A stretch of 64,000 bases of DNA from an uncultured bacterium (GTDB taxonomy: Bacteria; JAGOEH01). Within the stretch, counting starts at the first letter, position 1, and the number at the start of each line of letters is the position of its first letter. A model generated the notes under the pieces. The model did not search any database, was not told where the DNA came from, and was given only the letters and a program-made list of their open reading frames with translations. Below, piece after piece: positions 9,651 to 18,522 of this stretch. Position numbers and translations under genes: made by a program. The stretch lies in contig CAZWDO010000001.1 of assembly GCA_964632485.1 (NCBI GenBank), forward strand, positions 293,631 through 357,630, written 5' to 3'.

Positions 9651-12140
9651 TCAGCGTAAAAGTACTAATTTTTTGGTCAATCGGCTATTATCTATTTTCA
9701 TACTGTAAAAATAGATTCCGCTGGCGACTCGCTGTCCCGAACGATCAATTCCATCCCAGATTATTTTATGCCTTCCCGGCAAATAGTATTGATCCACTAT
9801 CGTTTGGACGGACTCTCCCAGCATATTGTAAATTTCCAGTTTAACCCTGGATGATCTGATTACTTCAAAATAAATTTCAGTATTGGAATTGAAGGGATTA
9901 GGAATATTTTGAAATAATTGATTTTTAGCTGGTGGAGAAAAAACGGGGTTTTCCGCGCTATGAGTTAATTCACCGAACTCAAAAACATCATCACGGGTTA
10001 ACGGTTTATTTATCACTAAATCAAAAATATCCCCGGGTTGGGGATTAATAACGGACGCGCTTCCCTGGAAAAACAATCCCCATGTAATCACCAGCGAATC
10101 CGGTTTTAATTCCTCCAGAATGTAGAGTTCATCCATTTGCGAAATAGAATGATCATTATCATAATCAATGAATATCACCTCAGATTTCCTGGTTTCGGTG
10201 ACATTCCATACCGTGAACTTCATGGGCTCCACGGGCGCATCCATGTAACTGAAAGATGAATCCACAATATCGGCATAAAAAGTAATCCGGTAATCTGCGG
10301 GATAGGGATAACCGCGAATCAAAGCGGAATTGAACTCAAATTCCGGCAATTGGATAGTCACCGTCAGACTGGAAGCACCAGCACTCCAGCGTGAACTCTC
10401 TTCATTCACTCGCGGGGGATCATAATCTTGAATCTGCAACCGTATTCCATCAAAAAGCGGACCTTCGGCGGCATGATTTCCAATCTTTACATCGCTAAGC
10501 ATCAGCCTGTCAAGGGTTATATCCCGGATACTATATTGCTTTTCACCTTCCACGCTATCCTGGATAGTAAGTTGGTAAGTGTGACCGGTCAAACGAGCCG
10601 GGTCAATAAGATGGGATTCAATTTCAGCATCGGCTGATCCCTGAATATGCCTGATAGCCGGACCCTGGCTTCTCTGATTCTCCTTGATAAACACAGGCGT
10701 CTGATCACTATAATGGTTTATTCCATCCGAAATTTCAAGCTTTACAGCCGAATACCGTGAATTTGGCAAATCAGGAAGGTTTATGCTGAATAGTTGCGCG
10801 GCAGTATCTTGAAAAACAGGCATTTGTAAAAATGTCACAAACGACGACCCGCTATCGGAACTGCTTAATACCTGAATATTCAACGAATCTGTTTCCGGAT
10901 CACCGATAAGCAATGATAAAACTAAACTATCGTCAGTGAACACGCTGTTGACGGTAAACTGCGATTTATCGATTTTAACAAATGGAGCGCCATTCATGGC
11001 ATTATTAATACTAAAATAGGAAGACTGAGCCGAATTCAGAATGATTCCCTGGGGTGTTTTCAAAAACACCTTAATCAATCCAAAAACACAATCGTTCTCA
11101 TCTACCGTATTCCAGTCATAATAACCGGTGTTGGACGACGAGTGAATCAACTTCCAGCTCAATGCCGCATCCGGACTGAAGCGGATTTCACATAAATTCT
11201 CCGGTTGAGCAGAATTCCAGCTTATCCGCGCAGTACCCTTCAAACTGGCAAACCGTTCGGGAGATGTAATAGTCAATGTGGTCGTATCTTTCCTGCTTTT
11301 TTCAAAAACCCATTGGAAAAGCATGGGATTATTATAGGATTTATTCCAGATATCATGCCCTTCATTGGGATATTCTGTGTATAATAATTGCGCGTGATTT
11401 TGGATATAGTACAAAACAGCGCTGTCAGACAGGCCGGAGCAATCTCCCGAATGACAATGGGTATAAATAACCGTACAACCCAACTGCTCAAACGCGGTCA
11501 TCAAATCCTGAGAAGAGGAGGCAGGAACAAGCGGGTCAATTTGCCCATGAAACGTCCATACCGGCAGATCAATAATCTTCGATACGAGGCTGACGTTTCC
11601 CCCGCCGCTCATGGGAACCGCCGCCGCAAATCGTTCAGGATATTGTGTTATCAGGTACCAAGTACCGTATCCTCCCATGGATAAACCAGTCGCATATAAA
11701 CGGTTGATATCGATTGAATACTCAATGAGCAAGGAATCGATAATAGAATTGGCAGCTTCGATTTCACCAGTGCCAGACCAGTTGGACGAGTACGGACATT
11801 GGGGAGCGACCACAAAACAGGGGTAATTTTCCTGATTGAGAGGGTCTGCCCATGCCGTTGCCAGACGATTTTGTTGAATCTGAATTAAATTATCCGAACC
11901 TCTTTCGCCGGAACCGTGCAATGCCAGGACCAGGGGATATTTTATCACGGGATCATAGTTTTCCGGCACAAATAATCGATAGGGAAGCGTTCCCCCCGAA
12001 TAGGGCTGCATTCGACTGACAAATTTGGCGACAATAGAGGGCTGGGAAAACGAGCTGTTAAATGATAATAAACCCGCAACTACTATTGATATGTATGCAA
12101 AGATTTTATTGATTCTATTTCTTAATTTATTCCTGTTCAT
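9651..12140 (-). CDS. Secreted alpha/beta-hydrolase (esterase/phospholipase-carboxylesterase family) with a T9SS C-terminal sorting domain
   Basis: Signal peptide present. The nucleophile elbow GLSMGGYGTW sits in an N-terminal hydrolase domain, followed by Ig-like/beta regions. The C-terminus (KLEIYNMLGESV...GIYFYSMKIDN...) is a Por/T9SS CTD. Confidence 0.75.
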   Translation of the reverse strand: MNRNKLRNRINKIFAYISIVVAGLLSFNSSFSQPSIVAKFVSRMQPYSGGTLPYRLFVPENYDPVIKYPLVLALHGSGERGSDNLIQIQQNRLATAWADPLNQENYPCFVVAPQCPYSSNWSGTGEIEAANSIIDSLLIEYSIDINRLYATGLSMGGYGTWYLITQYPERFAAAVPMSGGGNVSLVSKIIDLPVWTFHGQIDPLVPASSSQDLMTAFEQLGCTVIYTHCHSGDCSGLSDSAVLYYIQNHAQLLYTEYPNEGHDIWNKSYNNPMLFQWVFEKSRKDTTTLTITSPERFASLKGTARISWNSAQPENLCEIRFSPDAALSWKLIHSSSNTGYYDWNTVDENDCVFGLIKVFLKTPQGIILNSAQSSYFSINNAMNGAPFVKIDKSQFTVNSVFTDDSLVLSLLIGDPETDSLNIQVLSSSDSGSSFVTFLQMPVFQDTAAQLFSINLPDLPNSRYSAVKLEISDGINHYSDQTPVFIKENQRSQGPAIRHIQGSADAEIESHLIDPARLTGHTYQLTIQDSVEGEKQYSIRDITLDRLMLSDVKIGNHAAEGPLFDGIRLQIQDYDPPRVNEESSRWSAGASSLTVTIQLPEFEFNSALIRGYPYPADYRITFYADIVDSSFSYMDAPVEPMKFTVWNVTETRKSEVIFIDYDNDHSISQMDELYILEELKPDSLVITWGLFFQGSASVINPQPGDIFDLVINKPLTRDDVFEFGELTHSAENPVFSPPAKNQLFQNIPNPFNSNTEIYFEVIRSSRVKLEIYNMLGESVQTIVDQYYLPGRHKIIWDGIDRSGQRVASGIYFYSMKIDNSRLTKKLVLLR

Positions 12141-12369
12141 AGCTCTTTCCTTTTTAATTATTCATCGTGCGGAGTGTCTGTTTGGTAATTTTTCATCCTA
12201 ACCGTTTGCTTTTTCATCATATTCTATTGCTTAATTAATTTTTTATCGTATCGGGGGATTCTTGTGTAACTCGATTAGACATCATACATTCTCCCCTAAC
12301 TTCAATACAGGAAATAACATACGCAGTATCAAGCGGAGTTTGAAAATAAAATTCAAGTCAGAAAACAAT

Positions 12370-14031
12370 TCATCTAATTATCAATTCGACTCTTCGATTA
12401 AGTTCCCGTCCTTTTTCCGTATCATTGGAAGCGATCGGTTGGGATGAACCTTTTCCCGAACAGATTAGGATTTCAGCATTGATGCCGGCATTGACCAAGC
12501 GTTTCTTAACGGCTTCCGCGCGCTTTTGTGAAAGCAGCGTGTTATAGTCCCGAGTTCCTACATTATCGGTATGGCCCACAATTTCAAATTTGTATTTGGG
12601 ATTTTCTTTAATCAACTCTAAAACTTTCTGTAAATCGATATCCGATTCGGGTCTGATTTCATCCGAATCAAAATCAAATAACAGATTATTTAAAATCAGT
12701 TTTGAGCCTTTAGCAATGGGCATCAATAAAATATCGTTAATAATCCGGTCCGTTGTCAGCTTATTATGCGTGTTAATGACTGAAGAAGAAAAAAGATACC
12801 CTTTTTTATGGGCCCAAAGGGAATAATTTTTCCCCGACGAAATAGATACTTCATAAGCGCCATTTTTTTTATCGCTCTTCAAGGCTGTTGAATCAGCGAG
12901 ATTCCCTGATTCACGAATTATAATGGCGCTTTCCAGCGCTTTTAATGTTAATGCATCTTTAACCGTACCCGAAAGAATCAGACTGACTATCGGTTGTTGA
13001 GAGGTATTTTGCGGTTTACCCAATTGTATTTTGGGAAGTGTTGTCATATAGATATCCCCGTTTCCTTCCCTGTCTGAAAAAAAATAAGCGGTTTTTCCAT
13101 CCCCGGCTATGGATAAACGGCCATCCTGACCGGAAGAGCTGATTGGCATTCCCAGAAGTTCCGGAGTTGTCCATTCGTTATTTACCAAAGTACTGCGAAA
13201 TATATCATTTTTACCAATACCCGGATGACCATTGGAAGCAAAATATAAGGTCCTTCCATTGGGAGAAAGAAAAGGGGCAGATTCATCTGCCGGAGTGTTT
13301 ATAATTTCACCCAGATTTTTCGGGACTCCCCATTTATTATTAGCATCTTTTTCCATCAGCCAAATATCCCATTGCCCGAAGCCAATTCCTTGAGGATTAC
13401 AGGAAAAATAGAGCTTTTTCTTATCCGGAGTTAAGTAAGGATCCTGATACGTCACAAACGACACTCCGCCATCCCCTTTATAGGTAGAAAAAGGGTCTAA
13501 TGCTTCAATTAGTTCCCAGCCGTTGGCAGTTTTTTTTGCCAGAATAATCCCCTGATTCAGATTTACTAATGTATCGCCTTTTTTTTCTCCTGCGTCAGCG
13601 ACAATGCTCATTTTATGAGATTTCGCAAAGACCATGGCTTCTCCATCGGGAGTGATTGATCCCATCAAGTTTAAATCCTCCTGATTCATGGGAGAATCCA
13701 TTTTTTTTACATTTGATCCCTGCCCCTGGTTTATATCCGCCCGTAAAATATCCAATTTCATGAACCCGGTCATTCGTGAAAAATAAAGAGTTTTGCCATT
13801 GGAATAAATAAAAGGGGCCATTTCATTGGAGGAAGTATTAACACTGCCAGTGAGTTTTTGTACTTCGACATTTTCTTGTTTGTTGATACGGATACGATTA
13901 TCCAATTCACCCATTTTAGAAAACCGAACACAACTTGAAAGACCCAAATCGCAAATTACAACACCCACGAGCAGGAAAGCGAATCTTAGCTGAATACTAT
14001 TTACCCGAATGGCTCTTTTCGCTGTTTTCAT
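12370..14031 (-). CDS. Lipoprotein with TolB-like beta-propeller (PD40) repeats and a C-terminal OmpA/MotB peptidoglycan-binding domain
   Basis: Lipobox LSSC. Repeated PD40-like segments (SPNGRTLYF, TPDGEAMVF). The C-terminal OmpA_C motif is NTLLSQKRAEAVKKRL...NRRVELII. GGTGA Shine-Dalgarno site upstream. Confidence 0.8.
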   Translation of the reverse strand: MKTAKRAIRVNSIQLRFAFLLVGVVICDLGLSSCVRFSKMGELDNRIRINKQENVEVQKLTGSVNTSSNEMAPFIYSNGKTLYFSRMTGFMKLDILRADINQGQGSNVKKMDSPMNQEDLNLMGSITPDGEAMVFAKSHKMSIVADAGEKKGDTLVNLNQGIILAKKTANGWELIEALDPFSTYKGDGGVSFVTYQDPYLTPDKKKLYFSCNPQGIGFGQWDIWLMEKDANNKWGVPKNLGEIINTPADESAPFLSPNGRTLYFASNGHPGIGKNDIFRSTLVNNEWTTPELLGMPISSSGQDGRLSIAGDGKTAYFFSDREGNGDIYMTTLPKIQLGKPQNTSQQPIVSLILSGTVKDALTLKALESAIIIRESGNLADSTALKSDKKNGAYEVSISSGKNYSLWAHKKGYLFSSSVINTHNKLTTDRIINDILLMPIAKGSKLILNNLLFDFDSDEIRPESDIDLQKVLELIKENPKYKFEIVGHTDNVGTRDYNTLLSQKRAEAVKKRLVNAGINAEILICSGKGSSQPIASNDTEKGRELNRRVELIIR

Positions 14032-14657
14032 AGATTTTCACCAACTTTCTGAATAATGGTTATTGTAAGCGCTGACTCCCCAGGTCGTTTAAAAAGCTTT
14101 TCCGACCAACGAAGGATGAACTTTTTTTTTAAATGATCTTCATTTTCTTAAAAAATATTTAAAGCTATCGCATGGTCAATGTTAATTTTGATCCACTTTA
14201 ATCTCTATATGATTTATTCAAATCCTAACGGTATAGAAACGTTCATCCCTCAGGATAAAAAAGCTAAAACTCTATTAACAAGTATAACGCAAATCCAATA
14301 ATTGTCAAGTTATTTTTTTTGAATGCGAATAGGGTCACCAAACGTGGATCGCGCCAGGACTTGGTTTTCAAAATGCCTTGAATTGCGATGTTATGATGCC
14401 GTGATAAAAGCCATGATTAGTCTATGCGATAGCGAACCCATTTTCAACGCCGAGGGTCTATCGGTTGCGATAGGACGGAATATACGAATCCCAAGGTGAT
14501 TAAAAATTCATTGATTCTTTTTTGAATAAAAGCTTCTCTAAAGTTTAGCGGGTGTTAGGTACTACTCTCCATCTTCATTGAAGCGCAACACTAGTACACG
14601 CCGGAGGCTATTGGTGTGCGTTTGATTATAGCATATTCATTAATATATTCTTATTTC

Positions 14658-14999
14658 TTATGCCGCTCGTGTTTTACCTAAAAGCATTTTCCTGGGGTCG
14701 CCTTTAGTTTGCCAACTCAGGATGAAAAGGTAGGTGGTGAGGAACAGGCTGCCAAAAAACAATGCCAGCAGACTGAGCACCAGTCCGGGGATTGTAAATT
14801 GATGCCGCCATGCTACCCAAAGGCAGGAGAACATCAACATGAAAGTGAAATCCAGATTGAACTGACCGGGCCAAGTCAGGGTTGCGATATCGCCAAAGAA
14901 GATGCTGAGCAGGCCCATGCCATGATTCACGATAACAATGGCCGTGTAGCCAACAATGGCTACCCAGAGAACGATCAGAAAAACGCGGAATGCGGTCAT
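14658..14999 (-). CDS. Small integral membrane protein (about 4 TM), unknown function
   Basis: The most hydrophobic and coherent of three mutually overlapping ORFs at this locus; 113 aa. Confidence 0.5.
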   Translation of the reverse strand: MTAFRVFLIVLWVAIVGYTAIVIVNHGMGLLSIFFGDIATLTWPGQFNLDFTFMLMFSCLWVAWRHQFTIPGLVLSLLALFFGSLFLTTYLFILSWQTKGDPRKMLLGKTRAA

Positions 15000-15072
15000 T
15001 GCTTATTCCTTTCCTTATTGCTTGGATTGCCAAGATTGTACGGCACCAGAAAAGATAAATTAAACACTACGG

Positions 15073-16536
15073 TTATTTGGTAATGAGCAGTTTCTTTGAC
15101 AATCCATCTTGAGGTTTAATCAGATACATACCTCTTGGCAGGTGCGACAGATTTGCCTGAGTAGTATTTCTCTTGAATAAAATCCTGCGGCCCAACATAT
15201 CGAACAGATCAAAATTAGTAGGTTGTTTGAAATAGATCATGCCATTCGTGGGATTGGGAAAAACATGAAAATCATGTGAGACAACTGATGTTGCTTCATT
15301 GACTGACGTCGGGTTGCGAACCTTTTGATAATAAATCAGGTCCGGTTTAACAAGACCGGTGGTTTCAGCGCCGAGTGAATCTATAATGAGCATTAGTTGA
15401 TGGCCTTCCTTGCTATAGAAATATATTTCGGTTCCATTATCATAATCGAGTAGCCAATCAGTCCCGTTTTCCTCCTTGTACTCTTCATCCATTTCCCATT
15501 CCGTCCAAATCCATTGGTAAGTGATCTTGATGACCTCAACCGGTCCGTCATCCGGGGTTTCAAGCGTGCCGTATGCCTCAGACCAGTAATACCAGATATC
15601 CAAATCGTAAATAGTATCGCTATACCACGTTGTATCACCTTGTATCTCGTCAGTTGTGTCTTCGCTGTAATTAGATGAGTAAGCAGTATTGATAGACAGC
15701 GGAAGAGGTAAAATTTCTTCTTCAATATAGTCATCATAATCTAATTCTTCCATATTTAATCCCTCGTACCAGAGTCCTTCCTCATCAAGCAGATAATACT
15801 CATAAACATTTATACCCAGGTTAGGGGAACTGACATAAATACAATGAGTCGCTTCTAATACTGAATCATTTTTGGGAGTGAGTTTGGGGTCAAGAATTTT
15901 TCTCTGGAGGGTAGAAAACTCCAAATCGTTTGGTATCGTCCAATGCTGTGGCGTAGTAAAGTAGGGGTCTTCGAATCCCATGTCCATCGTAACGTTTTCA
16001 GGGATTACATAGTATTCAATAAAATCTGAGTTGTAGCTATAAATCTTCTGCATATCCTCAAAGGTAATTTCGAAATCCGATGAGCGCCGACTTTTAGTGA
16101 CTTTGCGCTGGGAAAAATTCTTGTTCATACGATCAAGCGCTGAATGATAAGTCTTTTCCAATTGTTCCTGACGATTTTTCTTTTCGTAAAAAGTCCGATG
16201 AAGCTGAGATGCGTTTTTCTCACTCTTTTCGCAACCGGTGCCAGGTACGAACCATCTGCGTCCGCACCATTCATACCAAACTCCGCAAGGATCCCAGGAT
16301 GGAATCTGTAAAGTGTCACAAAAAGGCAGGTTACGGCCATTATTGTTATTAAAAGCCGACACACTGTTTGGCAGAATTGCAATCATCGATAAAATCACCA
16401 TGATCATAAACACTGGGATGAAATTTGTTTTTACATCCAGTAAAACTTTTTTCATAATAGTCCTTTCGTTGATGTTTATTGTAAGATTTGTTTTATCTTC
16501 TAAGTGAAGTATATCATATTTTAAAGGAATTGTCAA
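15073..16536 (-). CDS. Acidic secreted hypothetical protein with a T9SS C-terminal sorting domain
   Basis: Signal peptide; W/Y/E/D-rich body; C-terminus ...VFPNPTNGMIYFK...RGMYLIKPQDG..KKLLITK fits the T9SS CTD pattern. Confidence 0.65.
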   Translation of the reverse strand: MTIPLKYDILHLEDKTNLTININERTIMKKVLLDVKTNFIPVFMIMVILSMIAILPNSVSAFNNNNGRNLPFCDTLQIPSWDPCGVWYEWCGRRWFVPGTGCEKSEKNASQLHRTFYEKKNRQEQLEKTYHSALDRMNKNFSQRKVTKSRRSSDFEITFEDMQKIYSYNSDFIEYYVIPENVTMDMGFEDPYFTTPQHWTIPNDLEFSTLQRKILDPKLTPKNDSVLEATHCIYVSSPNLGINVYEYYLLDEEGLWYEGLNMEELDYDDYIEEEILPLPLSINTAYSSNYSEDTTDEIQGDTTWYSDTIYDLDIWYYWSEAYGTLETPDDGPVEVIKITYQWIWTEWEMDEEYKEENGTDWLLDYDNGTEIYFYSKEGHQLMLIIDSLGAETTGLVKPDLIYYQKVRNPTSVNEATSVVSHDFHVFPNPTNGMIYFKQPTNFDLFDMLGRRILFKRNTTQANLSHLPRGMYLIKPQDGLSKKLLITK

Positions 16537-16653
16537 ATTAATAAATGTATTTAAAATTTTCTACGCTATCCTGGCGATTTTCACGCCCTTTATCCCTGCT
16601 TACCAACTCGCGGAGGCAGCATCCGCGGTAAGTGAAAGATAAGGCTGTCTGAG

Positions 16654-16860
16654 TCAGCTTTTTTTAGATGTTTTTGCGCTAATTTTATTAATAACCCAGC
16701 TACAGATATAAAACACTATTAGCCATATTCCCAAATCGATGATGAATCCTGGCCAAAAGGAAAATCTGGTAAATGGATCAAAACTAAAAAATCGAAAGCT
16801 CAAACGAGTGATGATAAACGTTAGGGCCAAGGCTAAAAATGATTTCATGATGCTCGTCAT
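16654..16860 (-). CDS. Small membrane protein (2 TM), hypothetical
   Basis: 68-aa ORF with two hydrophobic helices and a basic C-terminus. No homology recognised. Confidence 0.35.
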   Translation of the reverse strand: MTSIMKSFLALALTFIITRLSFRFFSFDPFTRFSFWPGFIIDLGIWLIVFYICSWVINKISAKTSKKS

Positions 16861-16976
16861 GGTACGTGTCTCCTTCAGGGTTGATGGGTGACGCCTAACG
16901 ATGGAACGCGGCGTGTTGCGGCGATAAAATCAATGCAAATAGACAGCGTCCGGGTTGATCGCTTGGTTAGGCCGAT

Positions 16977-17294
16977 TTACAGGATAATTTTAAGCAATTT
17001 TGTATAATCAGATTCGATAATAGGGGCAGGAACCAATGTTTGGACCAGTTCCGTTATCCATTCTCTGGATGTATTAATTTCTTCCAGCCTAATTCCATTC
17101 ACTTGTCCGGTTAAAATTTCATAATGCCCGATATTGACTTTTATTGGCTCTCTTTCACCTTTAGGCAGTACCTCAATAAATATCGTTTTTTCTTTTGAGT
17201 TGATATTAAGTATTAACATTTTTCCAAACCTTTTAAATTTTTTGTTAACTACTAATTTAATGATGCTTTCTGTTATCATGTTGCCTACTTGCAA
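16977..17294 (-). CDS. Hypothetical protein (about 100 aa)
   Basis: ORF of coding-like composition. The real start is probably the ATG at 17279 (MITESIIK...). No family recognised. Confidence 0.4.
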   Translation of the reverse strand: MQVGNMITESIIKLVVNKKFKRFGKMLILNINSKEKTIFIEVLPKGEREPIKVNIGHYEILTGQVNGIRLEEINTSREWITELVQTLVPAPIIESDYTKLLKIIL

Positions 17295-17508
17295 TGGAAT
17301 ATATTTTTGGTTTTGTATTAGCCGCCATTCTTGGAATATTCGGCGAGCTGCTCAGGCGACATCATTATAAAGTCGCCATTCATTGCCGCTCCGACTTCAG
17401 CACCGACAATCGGAATAACCTGCAGCCTTTCGCTTTGATAGATTGATGCCAAGTTGCTTTGCAAGCGCCCGGATTGTGAGAAGCGCGACCTCTTTTACTC
17501 GTATATTT

Positions 17509-18144
17509 TCAATCCCGAATAAAATTCATAAATATCTTATCTTCTCTATTCGGCTCGGAAATTTTCCCTTTACCGAATTCGATCAGATTTAATACCCAGG
17601 CCATATTTTTCCCCAGAACCCGCATGATTTGCGCGCCTTCTTCATCCCGGACCGCCTCGCCCGGCGCCGCGCCATGGATGACATTCCAGTAATTCGAGGT
17701 GGGGATAATCATTTCGGAATAATTCAGATAGTGGTTCATTTGATCGAAGGTCGTGACGCCCCCGGAACGCCTGACAGCGACAATGGCGGCGCCCACTTTA
17801 AGCCGCATCAACCGGCCGTTGACTCCGGCCACGTAGAAAGCCCGGTCCAAAAAAGCTTTCATGGTTGCGCCAATGCCTGAATAATGCACCGGCGAACCTA
17901 TAATAATGCCGTCCGCGACTTTCATCATTTGGATCCACGGATTGACTTCATCATCGATGATGCATCTCTCGTTTCGATTCTTCGCGCAGGCTCCGCAAGC
18001 GAGACATCCTCTCAGTTTACAGTTACCGACATGCACAATTTCGGATTCGATTTTCGCCTTCTCAAGTTCAGCTAAAATCATCTGTAGTGCATGATATGTA
18101 TTGCCATCTTTACGAGGACTTCCATTAAATGCGATTACTTTCAT
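17509..18144 (-). CDS. Iron-sulfur flavoprotein / NADPH-dependent FMN reductase family (flavodoxin-like fold)
   Basis: N-terminus MKVIAFNGSPRKDGNT, a compact Cys cluster CKLRGCLACGACAKNRNERC (ISF-type 4Fe-4S site), and GSPVHYSG. Confidence 0.8.
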   Translation of the reverse strand: MKVIAFNGSPRKDGNTYHALQMILAELEKAKIESEIVHVGNCKLRGCLACGACAKNRNERCIIDDEVNPWIQMMKVADGIIIGSPVHYSGIGATMKAFLDRAFYVAGVNGRLMRLKVGAAIVAVRRSGGVTTFDQMNHYLNYSEMIIPTSNYWNVIHGAAPGEAVRDEEGAQIMRVLGKNMAWVLNLIEFGKGKISEPNREDKIFMNFIRD

Positions 18145-18462
18145 AGATTCTCCTGTTGAAAAATATTAACGGTTTTCAAGCGCCTAGCGGGATTTACGCT
18201 CAAAAGATAGATAATCACTCCAATGACTGAAACTTAACTCTAATTAGCCCGGCCAGTCATTCCTGTTCAGTTTGTAACTAAAATCCTGCATACCCAAAAT
18301 TATCGGCCCGACACCGCATTTTGTTGGGGCCGAATATTCAAACAGAGTGAAAATAATCCCTCTTAAGTACATTATACCACATATTTAAAATATTTCCAAG
18401 ATTATTTTATTTTGCTAAAAACCCATAAAACCTAAAATTTCCGATTTGCTGAGGAGCGCTAA

Positions 18463-18503
18463 ATAAAAAACCCGCCCTTTGTCAGGCAAAAGGCGGGTTT
18501 TTC
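18463..18503 (-). terminator. Rho-independent terminator downstream of dcp
   Basis: AAAAAACCCGCCCTTTGTCAGGCAAAAGGCGGGTTTTTCAC has a GC-rich 10-bp stem. A U-run follows on the minus-strand transcript, just 3' of the dcp stop. Confidence 0.75.
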
Positions 18504-18522
18504 ACTAATCAGCGGGAAAGGA

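Noticed and set aside
14704-15083. Two further ORFs (14704..15033 minus; 14709..15083 plus) overlapping the 14658..14999 membrane-protein ORF
   Set aside because: Three mutually exclusive ORFs occupy the same DNA. Only 14658..14999 gives a consistently hydrophobic, membrane-protein-like product; the others are Trp/His/Arg-rich with no pattern.
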